A stretch of 20,000 bases of DNA from an uncultured virus (IMG/VR IMGVR_UViG_3300032324_000268) (IMGVR_UViG_3300032324_000268), one strand, 5' to 3'. Shown: positions 1-7,519, counted from the first letter of the stretch. The notes: generated by a model not told the origin, from the sequence alone. Numbers and translations are program-made.

Positions 1-167
1 GGATCAACTGCAAAACAGGAGGCCCGTGTGGACGGGAAGACTCGAGCAAAGGAAGTTACCCAGCCTGTCGTCCGACCAAGGCAATGTGCAATTCGGCTGC
101 ACGGAAAAAGAAAAGCTCAAAGCGTATAAGCTGGAAAAACAAGCGTGGGCTTGGCGGAAGAGCTTGA
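1..167 (+). CDS. 5'-truncated small basic Cys-containing phage protein (KTGxxCGR...YPxCRP family)
   Basis: Not in ORF track; frame 3 reads INCKTGGPCGREDSSKGSYPACRPTKAMCNSAARKKKSSKRISWKNKRGLGGRA* (TGA 165-167). Motif recalled from small phage/large-virus proteins. Confidence 0.75.
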   Translation, partial: INCKTGGPCGREDSSKGSYPACRPTKAMCNSAARKKKSSKRISWKNKRGLGGRA

Positions 168-191
168 CGGGAATTTGACTTAGAATAGGAT
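164..191 (+). promoter_or_regulatory. sigma70-like promoter, probably leaderless transcript
   Basis: TTGACG(164-169)-N16-TAGGAT(186-191)-N6-ATG198. Confidence 0.55.
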
Positions 192-197
192 CTGAAC

Positions 198-353
198 ATG
201 CCTCTAGGACGTAACGTAGCATCAAACATGCGAGAGCTCTACGCTGACAATAGGAAAAAAGGTAAAGAGCGTGGTGCAAAAGGTAAGGTTCGTTCGAAGA
301 AGCAGATCATCGCAATCGCTTTGGCTGCGGCTGGTAAATCCAAAAACAAATAA
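198..353 (+). CDS. small basic phage protein, 51 aa (KQxxAIAL family)
   Basis: Not in ORF track; MPLGRNVASNMRELYADNRKKGKERGAKGKVRSKKQIIAIALAAAGKSKNK*, resembling the common phage pattern MPL...S.N.REL...R..KQ..AIAL..AGK. Confidence 0.8.
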   Translation: MPLGRNVASNMRELYADNRKKGKERGAKGKVRSKKQIIAIALAAAGKSKNK

Positions 354-358
354 TAATT

Positions 359-595
359 ATGCCACTTGGAAGACTATCTGTCGCAAGTATTGCAAAAGAC
401 AAGCTTAGACAAGCTCCAGCCACTTTTGAAAACATTTTTGACGAAGAAACGGGAGCTGCGTTGTTGGATGTAACAGATGAAGAAACCGCTAAAAGCGTAA
501 TATCAAATTGGCCTTCTGGAGCTGATCGTAAAATGAAGGGCTGGAAAAAACTACCAAACGGCGAGTACGAACCTAGCTACTACGTAAAAAAATAA
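359..595 (+). CDS. hypothetical protein, 78 aa
   Basis: Starts 5 nt after the previous stop; begins MPLGR like the upstream gene. Confidence 0.7.
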   Translation: MPLGRLSVASIAKDKLRQAPATFENIFDEETGAALLDVTDEETAKSVISNWPSGADRKMKGWKKLPNGEYEPSYYVKK

Positions 596-618
596 GTTAT
601 ATCAAGCAGTCGAAGCTG

Positions 619-645
619 TTGACACCTTGAAATTGTTCCCATCAT
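619..645 (+). promoter_or_regulatory. sigma70-like promoter, probably leaderless
   Basis: TTGACA(619-624)-N15-CATCAT(640-645)-N6-ATG652; perfect -35, weak -10. Confidence 0.4.
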
Positions 646-651
646 CTGGGG

Positions 652-810
652 ATGGACAAACACCTAGAAAAACTCAAAGAACAGATTGCCATCGAGGGTT
701 TCATAAACGCCAGTCAAGTATTCAGCAGGGACCCTCTAGACTTCAAGGATACGGACAAGGATAACATAGACGATCGTGCGGAGCACCCAGACGAAGTAGA
801 CGAGATCTAA
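652..810 (+). CDS. small acidic protein, 52 aa, with DxDxDxxDD Ca-binding-like motif
   Basis: Not in ORF track; MDKHLEKLKEQIAIEGFINASQVFSRDPLDFKDTDKDNIDDRAEHPDEVDEI*. Confidence 0.7.
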   Translation: MDKHLEKLKEQIAIEGFINASQVFSRDPLDFKDTDKDNIDDRAEHPDEVDEI

Positions 811-969
811 GTGGACACCACCTTAATCGACCTTGCAAAGCAGCTGGCGGCCTTATTAGGCTTGTTTACGGCCATTCTGCTAACCATTGGTCTCGGTACA
901 ATTGGATGGGTAACAATGGCCTGGTTTGGCGATATTATCTCTAAAGTAATACGTACAAGACTTAAGTAG
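811..969 (+). CDS. small membrane protein, 52 aa
   Basis: Not in ORF track; GTG abuts previous TAA; MDTTLIDLAKQLAALLGLFTAILLTIGLGTIGWVTMAWFGDIISKVIRTRLK* has a long hydrophobic segment and basic tail. Confidence 0.65.
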   Translation: MDTTLIDLAKQLAALLGLFTAILLTIGLGTIGWVTMAWFGDIISKVIRTRLK

Positions 970-1301
970 TTGTCAGTCAACACTAGTGGGTATGTTTTGG
1001 CTTAGCCGCAACCCACTGACCTAATCCACTTGACCTAAAACCCTATAATAGTAGATACTTATATATACTTTCTTTAAAAAAGTGTATTAAGTGGGTTATA
1101 TTTAGAACGGAGGGACTGGCGTTTATTTTTTATTGCCAGAAAAATAAATATTATAGGTAATGGGTTTTTTCCACGATCCCCAACCCCCTTTCCCACTTTT
1201 CGTATCTAACCCTCGATTATCCAACCATTTACGAAAACTGAACCACAAGTGGGATGAAACCCAAACCACTGAATCAGCTAAAGCCTAGCGCAAGGGTTGA
1301 T
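970..1301. other. structured non-coding region between convergent gene arms; candidate replication origin/terminator region
   Basis: No credible ORF; AT-rich core ~1044-1090; inverted repeats AGTGGGT(985-991)/ACCCACT(1011-1017), CTGGC(1116-1120)/GCCAG(1135-1139), TCCCACTT(1191-1198)/AAGTGGGA(1247-1254), TTTTCGTA(1197-1204)/TACGAAAA(1230-1237). Confidence 0.5.
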
Positions 1302-1514
1302 TTACAACGACTTACGTTTTCGACGTTTCGATCTTGTAACTCGTTTAGGCTTAACGCTTTTCCAAACCTCGAACTTATCGTCTAGGTCGACAGACTTCAG
1401 CATAAGCCATTTGTAGACCTGGTAGCCTACGGTGAACCGCATTAGGAAGGTTCTAGAGACGATGTCTCCAAGCCAGTAAAAAGCTTTGGATGCTAGAAGT
1501 TTAAGGTTGCTCAT
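1302..1514 (-). CDS. hypothetical phage protein, 70 aa, basic C-terminus
   Basis: Last ORF of the minus-strand arm; amphipathic YWLGDIVSR...Y..Y..LM..SV.LD...VWK pattern. Confidence 0.75.
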   Translation of the reverse strand: MSNLKLLASKAFYWLGDIVSRTFLMRFTVGYQVYKWLMLKSVDLDDKFEVWKSVKPKRVTRSKRRKRKSL

Positions 1515-1547
1515 ATTAGTATTGGCTGGAGATGGTTAGGAGGTTCA

Positions 1548-1961
1548 TCAAGCTGCTGTGAGCGTTGGAGTACTAGCATTATCTGGTTGCCCAAATGTTT
1601 GTGAATAAACAACAGTCCATCCAGTAATGGGTACTGATGTTGATGGTGCGGTGACAGTGGCTATATATTTTATATAAGGGTCATTGTTTTCCCCAGCAGG
1701 AACAACACTCTCATAGTCTATTGTCCAAACACCACCATTAAAGGTAAGGCTACTGCTACTAATATAAAAAATATTATCCCCTACCCAGCCTTGGTATCCA
1801 TACCAACTTGGAGGATTTCCAGCCGATCTTGCAAAAAGAGAAGATTCTGGTCGTGTGCTAAAGTAAACACTTATATTTTCAGTAGAAAGAGGAATGCTGC
1901 TGGGGGCACCACCACCAATCCTAGGAACCGACAAGTTTAAGCCTACGCCGAGTTTCGGCAT
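1548..1961 (-). CDS. putative virion spike/fibre protein with N-terminal LGxGLxL peptide, 137 aa
   Basis: MPKLGVGLNLSVP, a Gly/Ser/Pro linker, then a Ser/Thr/aromatic beta-rich domain; 6 nt downstream of the 101-aa gene. Confidence 0.6.
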   Translation of the reverse strand: MPKLGVGLNLSVPRIGGGAPSSIPLSTENISVYFSTRPESSLFARSAGNPPSWYGYQGWVGDNIFYISSSSLTFNGGVWTIDYESVVPAGENNDPYIKYIATVTAPSTSVPITGWTVVYSQTFGQPDNASTPTLTAA

Positions 1962-1967
1962 TGCGGT

Positions 1968-2273
1968 TTAAGCCTTGTAGGCGATTACTTTGCTACCCGA
2001 GGTCAATGTGAATCCCGTAAACGGTCCGTAAATAACCGTACCGGCCGTAAGAGCCTCGGATGTCAGACCGCCAACAGTAGAGTTTGCAGCTGCCAAAGCA
2101 CTAAACGTTGTTGCACCAGACGCAATAACTTGAATCGCACCAAAGCTCCCAGTTTGGGCAGTTGTGTTGTTCACAAATACAAAGCCATTTTGCCCTAGGG
2201 AAACCTGAGCCAATTCGTTTAGGTTATAGAGAAACTTGTTTTCGTTACCGAATTCACTTGCGTCGTATGGCAT
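1968..2273 (-). CDS. putative capsid decoration/spike-base protein, 101 aa
   Basis: Small Gly/Thr/Ala beta-rich protein (G.F.AIQ...AGTVIYGPFTGFTLTSG.KVIAY); has its own promoter. Confidence 0.6.
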   Translation of the reverse strand: MPYDASEFGNENKFLYNLNELAQVSLGQNGFVFVNNTTAQTGSFGAIQVIASGATTFSALAAANSTVGGLTSEALTAGTVIYGPFTGFTLTSGSKVIAYKA

Positions 2274-2281
2274 ATAGTCTG

Positions 2282-2308
2282 AATTTAATCCCTTTTTAGT
2301 TTTGTCAA
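2282..2308 (-). promoter_or_regulatory. sigma70-like promoter, near-leaderless; -35 contains the primase stop codon
   Basis: Minus strand TTGACA(2308-2303)-N15-TAAATT(2287-2282)-N8-ATG2273. Confidence 0.55.
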
Positions 2309-4449
2309 CCGTTCTTGGGCAATTCTATCTCCCATTGCGTGATCCCATTCAATAGCAGAAGACGTTTGACACGGGTGTTATCCAGAACGGAAATCGACGC
2401 AAGCAAACGACCGAGCATTCTGGAACTAGGCACGAACATCTTCACGCTCTGGCTGAGCTTTGCATCTTGTTGGAATGCTAGGAGTAGCTCAATCGCAGAT
2501 CCCTTCCAGTGAGTCTCTGCAGGATTGTCTTTCTTGAACTGAAACAAGAACACATCCAAGAATTCCAAGAAGCTATGCACGCTCGAGGATGCTCTGGATT
2601 CGGCCAAGAGGAGAGGGTGGTGGTAGGACTTCACCACGTACCGCTCGCCGCCTAGGATTTCTTTGGGGATCTCCCAGTCACGAAGCCAAGCAGCAAAGTG
2701 TGGGAGTTCCTCCGACAACATCGATGGGATGTCGTTGCGGGAGATTTCCTCAAACATTTTGTGTGCCTTGAATTTAAACAGGCTGATCTTATCTAGGATT
2801 GAGCCGTCCGTGTGTGGAACGGCTTGTACTGATTCTGGATCGTCGTTGAGCGTCTGGATAATACGTCCACGCCAGTCCAGCGTCACTTGATCCATAAACT
2901 TCCGATGATATGCGTGACGAGTGTTGGCCACTCCTTGCTTGATCATTCGGCTGTAGTGGCGGTGAGCCTCGGATGAATCGGCTGAGCTTGCGTCGTCAAC
3001 GTTCCACACTGCGTACTCGAACAACTCGGCATTGAACGAAGATCCTTGTACCAGATAGTCAGAAGCGTTTGCTCCTCCACCCATCAGACGGGCGACGATC
3101 TCGGTGCCAAAGAATGTCTTACCCAGACCGACTGATCCAGCGATGAAGACCGCTTGCCCTGGTGAGAGTTTCCCACGCAGAGCCGATCCGTAGAAATGCT
3201 TGAGCCAGCCCATGAGGAATGGCAAAGATTCATGCGGTTCCATCACTGTGTCGAAGAAGCGAGCCAGCCACGGGAATCCTTCTCCCCATTTGCCGTGATG
3301 CCCATCTGCTGGTTGCATGACTCGGGTGCGTGAGATGTTGAGCATCTTACGTCCGTCTTGGATGACGATGTCTCGCTGGTCATATAGAGCTGGCATCGAG
3401 CCTTGAACTACCTTTAGCTCCCGAACCCTCCGCATAGCCTCGTCAGCGTCGGACAAAGCTCCACGTTCGTCTGGTGCCGAGGATAGTCCGAACATCCCAA
3501 CAATATCGTGGCGGGTATCATCCTTACCCGACGAACGCCAACATCCGTCCAGATCCTTTTTCCAGTACAGCTTGCCGTCGTACCAGAATGTCTGCATTGG
3601 TCCGCCGTAACGATCTTCCTCAAACTCCTTCACCCACGCCGCACCAAAGATATCAGCCCACGTTAAGAACCCCTTTGTGGAACGTGTGGAGTAGCTGATC
3701 ATTCCAGTCTTGGTGACTTGTGCTCCAGTACGTTCGACTCCGTCCTCTAGCCAAAACAGAGGTCCACGCATTCCCTCCTCAAAAGGTCCAGTCCATCTAC
3801 CTGGGAATGTCTCTTGTACCTTTTGGTATATACGCTCAAGCGGGATGGATACCTCTCCCTCACCCCGATACTTCTTCGAACGCTCTACAGCTTCGGACAG
3901 GATGGAGTGAACCGCTTCCGTCCTTACTGGGGCATCTGCGAATCGAACCGCACCAGGCCACCAAGCGTAGTACTGGTCTGGTTTGAAGATGGCGTCATCC
4001 ATCCTCGGGAATAGATTCTTTGCTTTGGTCTCCTTGACCAGCAGACCTAGAAATTCTTTTAGAACGCCGGGAAGAACGTAAACAGGCTCCTCGAACATCC
4101 ACACCACACGAGCACCAGAGCTGAATGTCTTGTGAGCAAACATCGGCTTGAATCCCGGTTTCGACCCACGGGTCAATCCTTCAAGCAACTCCTCGTCTGT
4201 AAGGGGAGTATCGTAATCTGCAATCAGTCCGTGCATCTTGTACGGATCGTTCGACTTGGATACTCGAGCGTGAGGATTGATACCCTCGAACGCAGATACA
4301 AACACCCCGTCAGTTGTGTCTGCCTGCGCCCACTTGCGGAAATCTTCTTTTTCTTTAAACGATGGGATGACCAGAGTCTTCTCCCAAGGCTTTGCTGGCT
4401 CTGCTGTTCTAGACGTTAAATTCGGTATCCTAAATAATGTTGTCTTCAT
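2305..4449 (-). CDS. AEP primase(-polymerase) fused to SF3-type (NrS-1/DUF5906-like) helicase, 714 aa
   Basis: N-terminal hhhDxD motif GLIADYD and TFSSGARVVW; C-terminal Walker A GSVGLGKT, FNAEL, Walker B WNVDD, motif C IIQTLN; GGGAG upstream. Confidence 0.8.
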   Translation of the reverse strand: MKTTLFRIPNLTSRTAEPAKPWEKTLVIPSFKEKEDFRKWAQADTTDGVFVSAFEGINPHARVSKSNDPYKMHGLIADYDTPLTDEELLEGLTRGSKPGFKPMFAHKTFSSGARVVWMFEEPVYVLPGVLKEFLGLLVKETKAKNLFPRMDDAIFKPDQYYAWWPGAVRFADAPVRTEAVHSILSEAVERSKKYRGEGEVSIPLERIYQKVQETFPGRWTGPFEEGMRGPLFWLEDGVERTGAQVTKTGMISYSTRSTKGFLTWADIFGAAWVKEFEEDRYGGPMQTFWYDGKLYWKKDLDGCWRSSGKDDTRHDIVGMFGLSSAPDERGALSDADEAMRRVRELKVVQGSMPALYDQRDIVIQDGRKMLNISRTRVMQPADGHHGKWGEGFPWLARFFDTVMEPHESLPFLMGWLKHFYGSALRGKLSPGQAVFIAGSVGLGKTFFGTEIVARLMGGGANASDYLVQGSSFNAELFEYAVWNVDDASSADSSEAHRHYSRMIKQGVANTRHAYHRKFMDQVTLDWRGRIIQTLNDDPESVQAVPHTDGSILDKISLFKFKAHKMFEEISRNDIPSMLSEELPHFAAWLRDWEIPKEILGGERYVVKSYHHPLLLAESRASSSVHSFLEFLDVFLFQFKKDNPAETHWKGSAIELLLAFQQDAKLSQSVKMFVPSSRMLGRLLASISVLDNTRVKRLLLLNGITQWEIELPKNG

Positions 4450-4552
4450 TCTTTCTTCTCCCTTTTATTGTTAATGCCAAACTCTTGTAAACCGAGATCC
4501 TAAACGAAAACCAGTATCCGAACAGCTTAAAAGTTAAGGCAGAAGTTTTCAT
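4430..4552 (-). CDS. possible 40-aa hypothetical protein
   Basis: Not in ORF track; ATGA overlap with upstream ORF; MKTSALTFKLFGYWFSFRISVYKSLALTIKGRRKNEDNII*; overlaps primase start by 20 nt. Confidence 0.35.
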   Translation of the reverse strand: MKTSALTFKLFGYWFSFRISVYKSLALTIKGRRKNEDNII

Positions 4553-4683
4553 TTCTTTTTTCTTGTCCGCTTAACTTTTTTCTGTTTAGCCATTGCCTTT
4601 TCGTCGCATTCCGAGCACATAAGCATTTCCTCGGTAAACATCTTTCCGCACATAAGACACTTCCTGCGTTTCGGTGTTTTCAT
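4549..4683 (-). CDS. small Zn-ribbon protein, 44 aa (CxxC-x10-CxxC)
   Basis: Not in ORF track; ATG abuts upstream TAG; MKTPKRRKCLMCGKMFTEEMLMCSECDEKAMAKQKKVKRTRKKK*. Confidence 0.65.
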   Translation of the reverse strand: MKTPKRRKCLMCGKMFTEEMLMCSECDEKAMAKQKKVKRTRKKK

Positions 4684-5280
4684 CTACGCCGATTCTTCTG
4701 TAACGATATGATCAAAAGGTTGCTCCTCGGCGTGATGAGTCTGGTTCTGTACCCGCAACCAATTCGGCTTGTCCAAACCACCCTTGGTAAACGATGCCTC
4801 CCGCCAGAGGATGTTGTTACCTGGAACGCAAGTGATTCGTCCGTTACTTAGGGCAATGAAATGATGCGCCTTAGTTTGGCTAGGCTCTAGGCTATACGCA
4901 TCTCCGTATGGCTCGGCAGTAAACATATAACTGCCACCTATCCATATTTGCCTGCTGGCGATCCATACATTGCAATCCAACTCGCGCAAGTAATCATATT
5001 CGATGGTTGAGAAGTTGTAGCCAAAGCAATCCCAGCGTTGAGCATCCCTCAACTCCCACTTATTGGAATTTCCCACTTGATCGTGGCAGATGGCTGACAG
5101 CGGTAAGCCTCGGTACAATGCACCGCACTTTAGCAACACAGTGCAACCCCAAGCTCGGTGCGGCACAGATTGCAATCCAAACCAGACCGCATCCTCAAAG
5201 CCTTGAACTTGTCCTTGGCTCATAATCGATTTATCCACTGAAACATACAAGTGGCGTGGTAGATTGCTTACGTGGGTCAT
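4684..5280 (-). CDS. conserved-looking hypothetical phage protein, 198 aa
   Basis: Start reassigned to ATG5280, 1 nt after the polymerase stop; motifs NLP..Y..V, AVWFG..S...RA, GALYRGLPLSA, Q.WDCF, YMFT, NG.....P.N...W...SF. Confidence 0.8.
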   Translation of the reverse strand: MTHVSNLPRHLYVSVDKSIMSQGQVQGFEDAVWFGLQSVPHRAWGCTVLLKCGALYRGLPLSAICHDQVGNSNKWELRDAQRWDCFGYNFSTIEYDYLRELDCNVWIASRQIWIGGSYMFTAEPYGDAYSLEPSQTKAHHFIALSNGRITCVPGNNILWREASFTKGGLDKPNWLRVQNQTHHAEEQPFDHIVTEESA

Positions 5281-5281
5281 A

Positions 5282-7039
5282 TTATTTCTTGTAGCACTCG
5301 GCATCGTGACTTTCGGCTTCAATCGGACATCCGTCAATCCATTCCGGTGTGATCGCCATAAGTCTGTTAACATCTTCGCACGTAACGTCCTTGTCTACCT
5401 CTAGGATCACCTCGTCGTGAACGTGGGCGAGGATATCCAGACCGGCATCCTCTAGGCGTACCAGACACTCTCCGAACACGTCTCGAGCGGTAGCTTGGAC
5501 AAGATTCTCGCACAGCTTCCCTCCCCAGAATGGGAACTTTGGTCCGCCCATATTCACTGCCGCTCTCCAATCTGGCTTGCCGTGAGCACCCATCTGGCTG
5601 GAGATCCCGAAGTACTTTTGGCTACGACCAGACGGTAGTTCGATGTGGCAGTCTTCGCCTTGGCTCTGTCTAAATGTTCTGTCCAACTGATTCCAGAGAC
5701 CCACGACTTTCGTGTTCCTTCGTCGGTAATCGTCTACGATTTGCTTCGAATGAACCTCATCTAGGTCTAGGCCAGCCATCATCTTTGCGATGAGAACGAA
5801 CTTCTTGAACCCACAACCATACCCGAGACCCAGTACCTGTGCCTTTGCTAGTGCGTACTTGGCTGGGTCACCTTTCTTGAGTGTACCCTTGGCTCCTTTC
5901 CACAACCCCGAAGCCACCGCGAACGCTTCGTAGATACCATAGCCCTTGCGAACTGCGTCTAATAAAACTTCGTCTCCGCTCAACCAAGCGAGAACACGGG
6001 GTTCGATTTGAGCCAAGTCCGAGATGATAAACTTCTTTCCCGGCCTAGGGACAATACACGCACGAAGATCAACTCCGAATACATCACCTCTTGGCAGATT
6101 CTGAAAATTGAACTTTGACTCTCCAGACCAACGTCCAGTCTGTGCTCCAAAGTACTTTAGCCCGAAAGGGACAGTCCCATCTGGACGCCTACGCTTCCAT
6201 AGGATTTCCAGTTTTGCGAATAGCATATTGGACTTTCTCCAATCCCGCATTGCCGCAACCCAAGGGAACTTCTCTCCGAACTCCTCTTCCCATCGAATAC
6301 AAGCTGGGTCATCTTCCGAAGTTGACGGAGGAACTGGAATACCAGCCTCACGACAAGCTCTTGCTAGTTCTGTTACTTTTAGGACATCCCCAGTATGATC
6401 GTCATTTGCCCAAGGAAGCTTTTCATTCGACTTAATCCTAAGCCAATCCAGAGTGTTTAACCCTTTGTCTACAAGCCCAGAGTCAACTTGGAATCCCCTC
6501 CACCCCATTTCAATCGTCTGCCTAGAAAGTCTCTGCTCTATCTCTGGCATCCTATCTAGAAATGTCTTTGCCAGATCCAAGCAATGCTTCGAATCGTTTA
6601 GTGCATACTGCTTAATTTCTTGCTCTTTTCCCAAAGAAACAGCCTCTTCCCAAGTCTTCCCCTTCATAAAGGATCTAGGATCTTTATCCACAGCTACCCC
6701 CAAGAGTTCTCTAGATGCGTTTCCTAGAGCCCTTGGTGCTCCAAGAAATGCCGCCATATTGGCTGTACACGAGAACTTACTCGGCTTGGCCTTAGTCACA
6801 CCCCTTTCCCGCAGTACATCCATTACAGCCCCATCGAAGCTGTAGTTGTGGGCAACCCAGTGTTTCCCGTCAATTTTATCCCAGGGAGCTGTCTCTGGCC
6901 TACCCACGTACTCTATCCCCGGCCCAACGACGGACACCAAGTAGATGTCAGTCGTCGGGTGGCGGAGATAGTGCCACTGCCCCATTCGGTCGATATTTAC
7001 ATCGGACGAATAGGTCGTCTCGAAGTCAATTGCGTACAT
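5282..7039 (-). CDS. polA: family A DNA polymerase with 3'-5' exonuclease, no 5'-3' exonuclease, 585 aa
   Basis: ExoI AIDFET, ExoII AHNYSFD, ExoIII YALND; TGRWS..NFQNLP; motif A SDLAQIEPR; motif B YALAKAQVLGLGYG; ENLVQATARD; motif C HVHDE. Confidence 0.96.
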   Translation of the reverse strand: MYAIDFETTYSSDVNIDRMGQWHYLRHPTTDIYLVSVVGPGIEYVGRPETAPWDKIDGKHWVAHNYSFDGAVMDVLRERGVTKAKPSKFSCTANMAAFLGAPRALGNASRELLGVAVDKDPRSFMKGKTWEEAVSLGKEQEIKQYALNDSKHCLDLAKTFLDRMPEIEQRLSRQTIEMGWRGFQVDSGLVDKGLNTLDWLRIKSNEKLPWANDDHTGDVLKVTELARACREAGIPVPPSTSEDDPACIRWEEEFGEKFPWVAAMRDWRKSNMLFAKLEILWKRRRPDGTVPFGLKYFGAQTGRWSGESKFNFQNLPRGDVFGVDLRACIVPRPGKKFIISDLAQIEPRVLAWLSGDEVLLDAVRKGYGIYEAFAVASGLWKGAKGTLKKGDPAKYALAKAQVLGLGYGCGFKKFVLIAKMMAGLDLDEVHSKQIVDDYRRRNTKVVGLWNQLDRTFRQSQGEDCHIELPSGRSQKYFGISSQMGAHGKPDWRAAVNMGGPKFPFWGGKLCENLVQATARDVFGECLVRLEDAGLDILAHVHDEVILEVDKDVTCEDVNRLMAITPEWIDGCPIEAESHDAECYKK

Positions 7040-7270
7040 TTACGGCAATATGATTCGAGAGTCTTGAGCTTCCTGTATCTCTTTATCTCTTTGCGCTGCT
7101 TCGCCTGCGAGACTTTCGAACTTGTCTAGGCACATTCCGATGAACGGCTGAAGCCTTGCTACGATTACTTTTTCCAGCTCTGTTCCGCCTTCTTGTTCTA
7201 GACTTACCTGCATTGATAGTTCCTTCTTCTCTACATTTTCCGTTACCACTACACGCACAGATGCACTCAT
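7040..7270 (-). CDS. hypothetical protein, 76 aa
   Basis: GGAGG Shine-Dalgarno upstream; stop abuts polymerase ATG. Confidence 0.8.
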   Translation of the reverse strand: MSASVRVVVTENVEKKELSMQVSLEQEGGTELEKVIVARLQPFIGMCLDKFESLAGEAAQRDKEIQEAQDSRIILP

Positions 7271-7315
7271 TGTTTTTTGTCCTCCAGAATGTGTTTGAAT
7301 TATAAGCCCGAATTA

Positions 7316-7519
7316 TCATTCGATGCCTGCGCCGACAGTTGTATAAGATGTGGACGAGCCATCAGTCTTTGCCCAATTACCGACGATTTCAATTGGCTCG
7401 CTCAAAGTTGTTTTAAACTCCAAGCGTTTCAATCTTTGGTTTGTTACGACATATGTTGCTTGAATCCAGTTAAGCTGTTTCTCAAGCTCCTCGATTCGTT
7501 GTTCAGTCGTAAGTTTCAT
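7316..7519 (-). CDS. hypothetical coiled-coil protein, 67 aa
   Basis: ATGA overlap with upstream ORF, GGAGG upstream; heptad-like EQRIEELEKQL. Confidence 0.75.
   Translation of the reverse strand: MKLTTEQRIEELEKQLNWIQATYVVTNQRLKRLEFKTTLSEPIEIVGNWAKTDGSSTSYTTVGAGIE

Noticed and set aside
1030..1049. TTGACC and TATAAT in the non-coding region
   Set aside because: Spacer is only 8 nt and no plus-strand gene follows.
920..1480. Similar peptides WFGDIISK (ORF811) and WLGDIVSR (ORF1514) in the two convergent genes
   Set aside because: Eight-residue resemblance with no flanking similarity; cannot be distinguished from chance.
5281..5373. N-terminal extension of the 229-aa ORF in the track
   Set aside because: Overlaps the polA 3' end by 92 nt; ATG5280 immediately after the polA stop is more parsimonious.
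7083..7319. 78-aa ATGA-coupled ORF overlapping the 76-aa gene
   Set aside because: The 76-aa gene has a clear GGAGG and abuts polA; this ORF reads as its shifted frame.
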